DNA of 64,000 nucleotides, taken from positions 1-64,000 of the forward strand of contig MEQL01000050.1 in assembly GCA_001770205.1 (NCBI GenBank), in the 5' to 3' direction. A program made the position numbers and the translations under genes. This document shows, piece after piece, positions 37,525 through 46,050 of this stretch; position 1 is the first letter of the stretch, and every line of letters begins with the position of its first letter. The stretch is from Bdellovibrionales bacterium RIFOXYD12_FULL_39_22. GTDB lineage: Bacteria; Bdellovibrionota; Bacteriovoracia; Bacteriovoracales; Bacteriovoracaceae. Under the pieces are notes generated by a model that was not told where the DNA came from, made no database searches, and saw nothing but the letters and a program-made list of their open reading frames with translations.

Positions 37525-39150
37525 TTACTCCTTTGTGTATTCCAAATTTAAAGTTTTGGCCTCTTTGTCAAGCGAGTCATTAAAATCTTCTAAATCCATT
37601 GCGCTAAAAGAGTTTTCAATTTTATTTAAATCTGCCAATGCCGTGGAGGAAAACTTAAGAGAAGTAGCTCCATTATTATTCTTGTATGATTCTAAAACTA
37701 CTCCTGGATTGTTGCCAATTTGTTGTCCTACAAATGCTAAGTCGGCCAGGGCCAGGAAACGTTGACTGTTTTTAATGGCCGTGATGGCCTTCATTGCGCT
37801 GCTATTTTGCTTAATTAGATAATTAAGTGTTTGAGTAGGTTCGCGTTTGAAGTTTCGTTGCTCTTTAGGAGGCATGCCCAGCGATTCTCCCTTTAACATA
37901 ACATAGAGTGCTTCGGTTAGTGTATTGTGGGTGGATGAGAGATAAAATCGCTCAATGATCAATGCCACAGATAAAACTAAGGCCACCATGGCCACGCGCG
38001 AGAAAATAAAAGCGGTTGAGTAGAGAGGAAAACTGCCGGCACTATTTTTAGCATATTGGCCGCGCAAGAAATTTGCTGCTTGAGTTTTGGCAAAAGTAGA
38101 AAGACCAATTATCTGACATAAAAAATAGGAAGAAACTGATTTATCTTTAATTTCCACTTGATGAATGTCGCTATCATTGAAAATTTTAAGTTTCTCAACT
38201 TTTAGTCCCAATTCCGCAGCTAAAAAATTGGTGATGTTACTAATTTGGGTAGTTCCCCCAGTGATATAAACTTTCAAAATAGGATTAATATATTGCACTC
38301 GATATCCTAGCATCCATCTTTTCATCTCTAAAATAAGTGGCTCCACTGCCTGTTTCATCATTTTGGCAAATTCTAGTTGGTCGTGTTCGACCTCCTCATA
38401 TTGCGTATCAGTTAAAAAGAAGCAATTTTGATGTTTATATATTACCGATTCTTCATAGGATATTTTATATGTTTGGGAGATAACTTCATTTATTGTGTGG
38501 CCGGCGATATGGGATACATGATTAGACACTATATTACGATTATAAATGAAGTATGCTTTAGAGGTCTTGTGCCCTAAATCTAAAATGCAGGCCGGGCCAT
38601 CAATTCTGTTTTGTTCCACCAATGATTGCATTAGTGACAACTCAGATGTTAGAAGATGAGGAGTAATATTTTTTTGATCCATCGACTCATACCACGCTTC
38701 AAATTGATCCATGTGCGTAATGTTGACGATAGCAAAAGTGGCCTTGTTTTTTATAAATAGCTCGGAGGTAAAGTGCGCACGATTAATAGGAAAGGGCAAA
38801 TTCTCCTCAAGTAAGAAAGGAAGCATTTGCTCAGCCTTTTTACGATGAGCAACAGGGAGTGAGAGATATCTAGAAGTCGTTAAATGTTGAGGATATTGAA
38901 AAACAATTTTGCCATCAAAGTTGTTTTTTGCGATATAATCTTTGATGATTTGGTGTTGCTCATGGGCCATTTCAAGATTTAAAGCAGTGTTAGCATCTTT
39001 TTTCTCGTCATCATTTTCAGTAGCGGAATCGTCAGCAGATTCGCTCAGCACGTATTCAGCGTGATTATCTAATACTAGGGCCTTTCGCTCAAGGTGAAAC
39101 TCTGAAATTTTTACTGAATAGGACCCCAGATCAATCGCCAATATATTCAT
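37525..39150 (-). CDS. gspL: Type II secretion protein L (PilM-like actin fold, TM, periplasmic domain)
   Basis: ILAIDLGSYSVK, ILDLGH, YITGG, then a TM segment. ATG 39150 chosen as start. Confidence 0.8.
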   Translation of the reverse strand: MNILAIDLGSYSVKISEFHLERKALVLDNHAEYVLSESADDSATENDDEKKDANTALNLEMAHEQHQIIKDYIAKNNFDGKIVFQYPQHLTTSRYLSLPVAHRKKAEQMLPFLLEENLPFPINRAHFTSELFIKNKATFAIVNITHMDQFEAWYESMDQKNITPHLLTSELSLMQSLVEQNRIDGPACILDLGHKTSKAYFIYNRNIVSNHVSHIAGHTINEVISQTYKISYEESVIYKHQNCFFLTDTQYEEVEHDQLEFAKMMKQAVEPLILEMKRWMLGYRVQYINPILKVYITGGTTQISNITNFLAAELGLKVEKLKIFNDSDIHQVEIKDKSVSSYFLCQIIGLSTFAKTQAANFLRGQYAKNSAGSFPLYSTAFIFSRVAMVALVLSVALIIERFYLSSTHNTLTEALYVMLKGESLGMPPKEQRNFKREPTQTLNYLIKQNSSAMKAITAIKNSQRFLALADLAFVGQQIGNNPGVVLESYKNNNGATSLKFSSTALADLNKIENSFSAMDLEDFNDSLDKEAKTLNLEYTKE

Positions 39151-39166
39151 ATAGTCTATTCTATCT

Positions 39167-40552
39167 CTATCCGGCCTTAATTTCAATCACCCGAGGGTTT
39201 AATAATTCCATTGGTGGAGGTGGCGGTTTATTGCCTTTGTCTGCCGGAGTTGTCTCGGGATTATCTCCGTCAACATCATCGCCTGGGGGGGGATCTGTGG
39301 TAGGCCGAGGAGTTGGCCGGGGAGGAGCAGGTTTTACCGGAAGATCAATAAATGCCTCGATAGTATACTTTGAATTCTCATATACTCCCTGAGATATAAC
39401 TTTAAAAAGTTTACCAGCAACTCCCAATCGAAGGCCGGCGCTTTCAAATTCCTTTATCCGTTTGTCATAATCGGCGGCATCGACTATTTTGATCATGTAA
39501 TTTTTAAATTCATCTACACTTTTAAAGGGATGGGGTTTGCGTTCATCTTCTGATTTATTTTCATCATTGGATCCGTCACGGTATTCAAAAAATTCTTTAG
39601 ATTGTTCTGGGGTTATTTGTGGAAAAAGAATTTTTAGATCCTTATCGTTAATATCGTTAATTGCAATAATTGCCGCCTCATGTACAGTTAGGCGATCTTT
39701 GATTAAATCAATGGCCGCATCACTCCAGCCTTCCAATAGATACATTTCGGAAAGAGAAGTAAGTGGAGCATATTTAGGAGTAGTACCGCGGTTGCTATAG
39801 ATGGCCTCAATATCTGGTTTTTCTGCCTCTTCATAGCTATCTTTGCTATTAACATAAAGTTTTAACTCCTTAATTAACATCTCTGGCCGCATCTCTCCGT
39901 AAATAGCATCAAAATTTTCATCATGTTCTTTCTTTTCTTCTAAGGCCGCATTCATTGCTTCTAGTAGTTGTTGCTCAATATATAAATTGGGGGCGGTTTT
40001 GCTTTGATCTCCTTTCGCACCATTCTCTTCGTCATTATCATTTTTATCATTGCCTTCAGTTTCCGAAGAATCTCCGGCCGCATTAGATGGCCTTTGGATT
40101 ATACGCAATCCGTTGGGATTTAAAAATCCCTTTATTGCCGCAATAGTTACCGACATTGAGCCATTCATGATTATTCCTTTCGCAAAATCGGCGACGGCAT
40201 TTTTTTGGATCAGATTAGCGTCGGCAGCGATAGGGATTGGGTAGACAAAGGGTTGTGCCAGCATACCTAAAACCTGATCTTCGCTTACAATATTTTTGAG
40301 ATCTTTGTTTTTTTCCATAATATTTCGGGCCTCTTTGTAGATGCGTAGTTTGGCCATGGCCAAGAGCATTCCTGATTCCGCATTAAGACGGGCCTGATAT
40401 TTATTTTGCTGGTTATAAATGCGAATTTTATTAACGCTAGTATCGAAAGAAAAGGTGATCATTAGCAGAGTGAGGAGAGCAATAGCACTCATTACCATTA
40501 TAATGGCCACCCCTTGCTTTTCATGAATGTATTTGGCGAAAAAATTTATTAT
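39167..40552 (-). CDS. gspK: Type II secretion minor pseudopilin K
   Basis: EKQG|VAIIMVM prepilin site, SLSEMYLLEGW helix-hairpin-helix segment, Pro-rich tail. The ORF track starts at GTG 40510; the leader extends to a probable ATA start at 40552. Confidence 0.8.
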   Translation of the reverse strand: MINFFAKYIHEKQGVAIIMVMSAIALLTLLMITFSFDTSVNKIRIYNQQNKYQARLNAESGMLLAMAKLRIYKEARNIMEKNKDLKNIVSEDQVLGMLAQPFVYPIPIAADANLIQKNAVADFAKGIIMNGSMSVTIAAIKGFLNPNGLRIIQRPSNAAGDSSETEGNDKNDNDEENGAKGDQSKTAPNLYIEQQLLEAMNAALEEKKEHDENFDAIYGEMRPEMLIKELKLYVNSKDSYEEAEKPDIEAIYSNRGTTPKYAPLTSLSEMYLLEGWSDAAIDLIKDRLTVHEAAIIAINDINDKDLKILFPQITPEQSKEFFEYRDGSNDENKSEDERKPHPFKSVDEFKNYMIKIVDAADYDKRIKEFESAGLRLGVAGKLFKVISQGVYENSKYTIEAFIDLPVKPAPPRPTPRPTTDPPPGDDVDGDNPETTPADKGNKPPPPPMELLNPRVIEIKAG

Positions 40553-41382
40553 GGTGACTCCGTTTCGGTATTGGCCTGAATTTGTTCTGCAGAATTTTTG
40601 TCTTGGAGTGGATCAAAAAAAGGCCAGAGGTTACGATAGATTCTTTCAATCACAACCTCTTCCCCATTATAGGCCCATTCTAATTTTACTTTGATGGCCT
40701 GCATGGCAAATTTATCGGCCTTATTTAACTCTTTTAATGATGATTGAAACTCTTTTCGAGTGGAGTCCCAAAAGAGAAATTCAAACTTTTTAATATTTTT
40801 TAAAATGACATGTGGCTTGGTGGCCTCCCAGTCAAAATCTCGCGTGTAGGGGTTTATCGAGTTATAGTAACGCAGTAGTTCCAGCGGAGCTTCTTTGTTT
40901 TTATTTTCTCCCTCGGCACTATCTACTAGTTTATATTGTACCCAGGCGTAGTTGGATTGTTTGGAATTAATAAATTTGCGCTGATTGTTGGCAGTAAAAA
41001 AAACAATAGAGGAGTTAGCAGGGTTTAAAATCTCAGGCACTAGTTGTTCTGTTCCGCTAAGAAATGGAAATTTTTCTCCGGTACCGGCAAAGGCCCCACT
41101 GGCCAAGTCATCGCCACTCTCTTCTTGACCGCTTTGTCGCTTGCTTTTAAAGGCAGAAAAGTAGATGGGGGAGTAGATTAAGTCAAAATCTAGCTTAAAG
41201 CGATTTAAAGCGGCCTCAATTTGTAAAAAGTTTTGATCTTGATCCGAAACATCAATTTTAGTTTGGGAGCTTGTGTCTACGAGATTGTAGACATAAAGCA
41301 TGAGAAAGGAGAGGAGGGTAATTGCTACCAGCACTTCAATTAGCGAAAAACCAAGTTCTGTTTTTTGCTTTATATTAATCAT
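40549..41382 (-). CDS. gspJ: Type II secretion minor pseudopilin J
   Basis: GFSLIEVLVA N-methylation motif, size and position. Confidence 0.8.
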   Translation of the reverse strand: MINIKQKTELGFSLIEVLVAITLLSFLMLYVYNLVDTSSQTKIDVSDQDQNFLQIEAALNRFKLDFDLIYSPIYFSAFKSKRQSGQEESGDDLASGAFAGTGEKFPFLSGTEQLVPEILNPANSSIVFFTANNQRKFINSKQSNYAWVQYKLVDSAEGENKNKEAPLELLRYYNSINPYTRDFDWEATKPHVILKNIKKFEFLFWDSTRKEFQSSLKELNKADKFAMQAIKVKLEWAYNGEEVVIERIYRNLWPFFDPLQDKNSAEQIQANTETESP

Positions 41383-41389
41383 AATATTG

Positions 41390-41914
41390 CTACATGCTTA
41401 TGTTAAGCTCTGCTTTATAGTTATAGAGCCAGGCCGATAAAGAATAAGAATATTTGGTGCTTTTGTTGATGACGGTAACCTTCACTTGCCAAATAATTTT
41501 TTCCAAACTTTCTTGGACTTTTTTATATAGGGATTGTTGGATGCCGCTATTCATCTCATCTCCACCATCCTCACCATCTTCATTACCAGTAATTTTATTC
41601 AAATCAGGAATTTTAAATTTTTTATACTCAATTTCGAATTCATAGGTGCGATTATTTTCATAGCTTTTCTTTTCTGGCATTAAAGTAAGTCCATCTTTAA
41701 GATCAGGAGGATTGACAATTAGGTCATTAATTTTATTTTCACAAAGCTGTTGCAAAAAGAGATCTTCGCGCATCAGTGTTGAGTCAGTACGGTTTTTTCC
41801 AAAGGAGAGCGCAAAGACGGTCATAAAAGTAGCAAACAAAGTTATGGCAATCATAACCTCCATTAAAGTAAACCCACTATTAGATTTTTTATTTTGCTTT
41901 TGGCCAGTTCGCAT
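41390..41914 (-). CDS. gspI: Type II secretion minor pseudopilin I
   Basis: GFTLMEVMIA motif and position. Confidence 0.78.
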   Translation of the reverse strand: MRTGQKQNKKSNSGFTLMEVMIAITLFATFMTVFALSFGKNRTDSTLMREDLFLQQLCENKINDLIVNPPDLKDGLTLMPEKKSYENNRTYEFEIEYKKFKIPDLNKITGNEDGEDGGDEMNSGIQQSLYKKVQESLEKIIWQVKVTVINKSTKYSYSLSAWLYNYKAELNISM

Positions 41915-42557
41915 AAATCTCTTTTGCTAAATCTATTTGTCGATCCTCTAGCTCTTCTTCATTGGGAGGCCCCATAGTATGATAGCTCCGGTTGAATTCA
42001 AAAGTATAGGGATTAATTTCTAGCGCTATCATCTCAGTATCTGAGCTAACAATTATTAGTCCATTATCTTTTTCGCCGGTAGGATAGATATAAATATATG
42101 CATCAGAATCGATGGTAAGATAGTCGAGATCAGAAGTTGAAACTCCAATAATACGAATATTATCAGGAACCTCTTGTTCGCTATCTTCGAAATCTTTTAA
42201 TTTGGAAAAGTTTTTATTAAAATCGCTGACGGATTTCTCATACTCCTCTTTTTCTTCTTTGGTCATTTTGGAAGTATCTTTGACTCGCTCTTCTGGCATG
42301 GCCAGTGCAGACTCGGGCCCAACTTCTAAAAAGAAGGTTTGCGGGTTTTCATCTAACTTAAAATGCAGGCGCATAATGGTGTTGCGCAAGGCCGCCTCGT
42401 CGCTGGCAAAACGAACATATCGCTCAATTTGCTCGGTGACATCATCCAGAGACGCTCGAGGAGAAGATTGGCCAGTAATGGCAATTGTATAGACCAGGCC
42501 CACCAATGCCAAGGCCACTAAAATTTCAATCAGAGAGAATCCCTGTTTGTTTTTCAT
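41889..42557 (-). CDS. gspH: Type II secretion minor pseudopilin H
   Basis: GFSLIEILVA motif, directly after gspG. Confidence 0.78.
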   Translation of the reverse strand: MKNKQGFSLIEILVALALVGLVYTIAITGQSSPRASLDDVTEQIERYVRFASDEAALRNTIMRLHFKLDENPQTFFLEVGPESALAMPEERVKDTSKMTKEEKEEYEKSVSDFNKNFSKLKDFEDSEQEVPDNIRIIGVSTSDLDYLTIDSDAYIYIYPTGEKDNGLIIVSSDTEMIALEINPYTFEFNRSYHTMGPPNEEELEDRQIDLAKEIYANWPKAK

Positions 42558-42590
42558 GGTATTCTCTCTGGTCTGGACATTATTCTATTT

Positions 42591-43052
42591 TTATTCAGTT
42601 GGTTCTTCCGCGCTGCCACTTTTTTTGCTGGGAGGATAGGTCAAGTCATCTTCATTGCCTTCAATTCCATCGGGGCCATTGGAGCGCATAGTGATTGTCT
42701 TGCCGTCAGATTCATAAATGAACTCAGCACCCCAGGGATCTTGTGGTACCTCGGCCGGATCTAAATATCCGCCTGGAGCATAGCGCTTACATTCACGTTC
42801 TCCCGAAGGTTTATTAATTAGCGCGTCCAATCCTTGTTGTGAGGTAGGAAAAAAGCCACAGTGCATGCGAAATTCTTTAAGTCGATCGGCCAAGCTTTGT
42901 AGTTGAATCTCGCAAGATTGTACTTGGCCGGTAACCATACTGTCATAAACCTTAGAGACGACAAAGGTACCAGCAAGGCCTAACAATGTTAAGGCCACCA
43001 AAATTTCCATAAGAGAAAAGCCACGCGCACTGGCCCAAAAACGATTTTTCAT
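42591..43052 (-). CDS. gspG: Type II secretion major pseudopilin G
   Basis: GFSLMEIL, FPTSQQGLDAL, PQDPWG and SNGPDG..GNEDD. Confidence 0.93.
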   Translation of the reverse strand: MKNRFWASARGFSLMEILVALTLLGLAGTFVVSKVYDSMVTGQVQSCEIQLQSLADRLKEFRMHCGFFPTSQQGLDALINKPSGERECKRYAPGGYLDPAEVPQDPWGAEFIYESDGKTITMRSNGPDGIEGNEDDLTYPPSKKSGSAEEPTE

Positions 43053-43084
43053 AATAAATAACTCCTTTTTTTATATATACTTTT

Positions 43085-44299
43085 CTATCTTTTTAGTGAA
43101 TTCATTTCCATCATGGGGCCTACGACCGAGAAGACAATAAAGGCCACAGCTACTCCCATTCCGACCATCATTATAGGTTCGATAACGCTAGTTAGTCCAC
43201 TTAGTTTTGTATTGACTTCATCATTGTAGTTTTCTGCAACTATGTGAAGCATCGGTTCTAATTCACCCGAGCGTTCTCCTAGGGTAATCATATGGGTAAC
43301 CATGGGAGGAAATAGTCCACTCTTGGCCAGTGGTACGGCCAAAGAGGCCCCTTCAGAAACATTTATACGGGCATTTTCAATTGCCTTTTGCATATGCACA
43401 TTAGAAACTAGATTTTTTACAATTTTCATGGCCACCAGAATAGGAACTCCTGAGCTTAGAAGTGTGGCCAAAGTGGAACAGAAACGACTCACATTAATCA
43501 TAACAATTAGCTCTCCTACGATAGGAGCTCCTAGTAAAAAGGAGTGCCATTTTTTTTCGCCATCTTTAGTTTTGATATACTTTTTAAATAAAAAGTAAGC
43601 CGCAAAAAGACCTAAGAGGGAGACATGCCAGTAGTTGACTAGAAAATCAGAAATCCAGATAGCAATTTTAGTTTGCGTTGGAAGTTCTTTTTTCATGGAA
43701 ATAAAGACTCGGGTAATTTTAGGAATAACAAAAACGAAAATAATGGCCATCATCAACGAACCAAAAATCATCATGATCACGGGATAGGTCATAGAGCTTT
43801 TAATTTTATTTTGTAGTTTTACCTGATTTTCGGTAAATTCTGCCAGCTTCATTAAAACAAGGGAGAGGTTTCCGGATGCCTCTCCAGCTTCTACCATGTT
43901 GACGTAGATATTACTAAAAGTGGAAGGGTAGTCTGCCAGTGCCTTGGCCAAAGAACTTCCGGCATTAACTTTTTGCTTGGCCTCTGACAAAATCAAACGC
44001 ATTTGCGGATTGGAGGTTTGCTCCATTAGGGCGTTGAGTGCTTCGACAATTTGGATCCGGGCCTTAACTAGCGTGGCCAATTGGCGGGTCATAAGAGAGA
44101 GATCAGAGGTACTAACGGAATTAGATAAACGGATAGTTTTCTTCTCTTTTAAATTATCCGTTTTTTGTTCTCTGATTTCGGTAATCATTACACCAAGTGC
44201 TCGCACTTTTTGCTTGGCCTGAGATTCCGTTTCAGCATTTATTGCGGCCCTAATCTCTTTGCCGCTTTTGTCGATGCCTTTATACTTGTACATTGCCAT
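43085..44299 (-). CDS. gspF: Type II secretion inner-membrane platform protein F
   Basis: TRQLATLV, MVEAGEASG, MTYP, GERSGEL and IEP. Confidence 0.95.
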   Translation of the reverse strand: MAMYKYKGIDKSGKEIRAAINAETESQAKQKVRALGVMITEIREQKTDNLKEKKTIRLSNSVSTSDLSLMTRQLATLVKARIQIVEALNALMEQTSNPQMRLILSEAKQKVNAGSSLAKALADYPSTFSNIYVNMVEAGEASGNLSLVLMKLAEFTENQVKLQNKIKSSMTYPVIMMIFGSLMMAIIFVFVIPKITRVFISMKKELPTQTKIAIWISDFLVNYWHVSLLGLFAAYFLFKKYIKTKDGEKKWHSFLLGAPIVGELIVMINVSRFCSTLATLLSSGVPILVAMKIVKNLVSNVHMQKAIENARINVSEGASLAVPLAKSGLFPPMVTHMITLGERSGELEPMLHIVAENYNDEVNTKLSGLTSVIEPIMMVGMGVAVAFIVFSVVGPMMEMNSLKR

Positions 44300-44319
44300 A
44301 GGTTGTTTGCCTTAAAAAA

Positions 44320-46050
44320 TTAATCGCCTTCGACGTTGATGGCATTGACCACTTGTTCGATGGAGGTGATACCACTAAATACTTTATCCCAGGCATCTTG
44401 TCGGAGCGTTTTCATTCCTTCTTGGATCGCCGCTTTTTTTACGGCATTGGCCGAGGCCTTTTCTAAAACCAAAGGGCGAATCTTATCTGTCATCAGCAGG
44501 AGTTCACTGACAGCAGTTAATCCCGCATAGCCAGTGTTTCCGCATTTAGGACAACCGACGGCCTTAAAGACGGTAGCGTTGGCCGGGAGGGCATCAACTC
44601 CCAAATGGTCTAGCTCATGTTTAGTCAATTGCTGAGGCGCTTTACACTCAGAACATAGAGTCCTAATTAGTCGTTGTGCCAACACGCCGACTACTGAGGA
44701 AGTGATCAAAAAAGGCTGGACTCCCATGTCAATAAGACGGTTGGGAGCAGAGGAGGCATCGTTGGTGTGCAGAGTAGAAAGAACAAAATGGCCAGTAAGT
44801 GATGCTTGGATAACCATATTGGCCGTCTCAATATCTCGTGTTTCACCCACCATAATAACATTTGGATTTTGTCGCAAGATAGCGCGCAAAGCAATGGCAA
44901 AATTCAGATCAATTTTGGGATTAACTTGGATTTGAGAGATACCTGAAAGTTCATATTCTACAGGGTCTTCAACGGTAATAATCATTTTTTTTGGATCATT
45001 GATCCGATCTAAAATAGCAAAGAGGGTAGTCGTTTTTCCATGCCCAGTAGGGCCAGTAACATATAAGACCCCATGCTTTCTCTTACTAAGTTCATCGAGG
45101 CTTTTGAGTACTTTCCCTTTGAAGCCTAAACTTTCAAGGCGTAAAACGGTGTTGGTTTTTTCTAGTAAGCGCATAACGATACGTTCGCCATATTGGATAG
45201 GAACGGTACTTACCCGGATATCGATATCTTTACCGGCCATTTTTAGTTTGATCTTATTGTCCTGCGGAAGACGTTTTTCGGCAATATCCATTTTGGCCAT
45301 AACTTTGATACGTGAGGCCACTGCCTGATGAGTCTTTAGCGATTGGCGCAAAATTTCCGTCATAACTCCCTGGATTCGAAAGCGATAAACTGTTTCGCGT
45401 TCGTAGGGTTCTATATGAATGTCAGAAGCGTGCTCTTTTACGGCGCGAAAAATTATGGAGTGAACAAAGCGAATAACTGGGGCAGAGTCGGCATCTGCAT
45501 CCAAAATATCAATGGGCCCCTCCAAATCCAGATTTTCTTCAAATTCATCTTCAATGGAATCTACTAAATTACGATTGGCCTTTTCATAGACTCGATTGAT
45601 CGCATCTTCCACTCGCAACGGGGAGGAGACGACCACTTTAATATCTTTTTGATAGATCTCTTGTAGATCGTTTATAGCATCAAATTTGAAAGGATCAGTT
45701 ACTGCCACCGTTACAGAGTAGTCCGTCTCAAGAATTGGGAGAACTCCATGAAGTTTAGCGTAGGTGATAGGAATATCGCGAATAATGCCAGTTTCTATTT
45801 CTTCAATTTTGATCTCGTTGATATATGGAATGTTGATTTGATGACACATTACTTTGATGATGTCGTGGGGTTGGATGTAGTTTTTTTTCAGTAAAATTTC
45901 ACCTAGCAACATTCCAGTGGCGTGCTGAATTTCCAGAGCATCACTTAATTGCGCCTCGGTTAAAGAGGTGTGCTTTAAAAGCAACTGGCCAATTTTTAAC
46001 TTGGGCGCATTGTGACTTCCACTCTGTTCAGTGTCGTGCTGATCACTCAT
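44320..46050 (-). CDS. gspE: Type II secretion ATPase E
   Basis: ASDIHIEP, Walker A GPTGHGKTTT, TVEDPVE, LRQNPNVIMVGETRD, STLHTND, two CxxC pairs and an N-terminal MshEN-like KIGQLL segment. Confidence 0.95.
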   Translation of the reverse strand: MSDQHDTEQSGSHNAPKLKIGQLLLKHTSLTEAQLSDALEIQHATGMLLGEILLKKNYIQPHDIIKVMCHQINIPYINEIKIEEIETGIIRDIPITYAKLHGVLPILETDYSVTVAVTDPFKFDAINDLQEIYQKDIKVVVSSPLRVEDAINRVYEKANRNLVDSIEDEFEENLDLEGPIDILDADADSAPVIRFVHSIIFRAVKEHASDIHIEPYERETVYRFRIQGVMTEILRQSLKTHQAVASRIKVMAKMDIAEKRLPQDNKIKLKMAGKDIDIRVSTVPIQYGERIVMRLLEKTNTVLRLESLGFKGKVLKSLDELSKRKHGVLYVTGPTGHGKTTTLFAILDRINDPKKMIITVEDPVEYELSGISQIQVNPKIDLNFAIALRAILRQNPNVIMVGETRDIETANMVIQASLTGHFVLSTLHTNDASSAPNRLIDMGVQPFLITSSVVGVLAQRLIRTLCSECKAPQQLTKHELDHLGVDALPANATVFKAVGCPKCGNTGYAGLTAVSELLLMTDKIRPLVLEKASANAVKKAAIQEGMKTLRQDAWDKVFSGITSIEQVVNAINVEGD

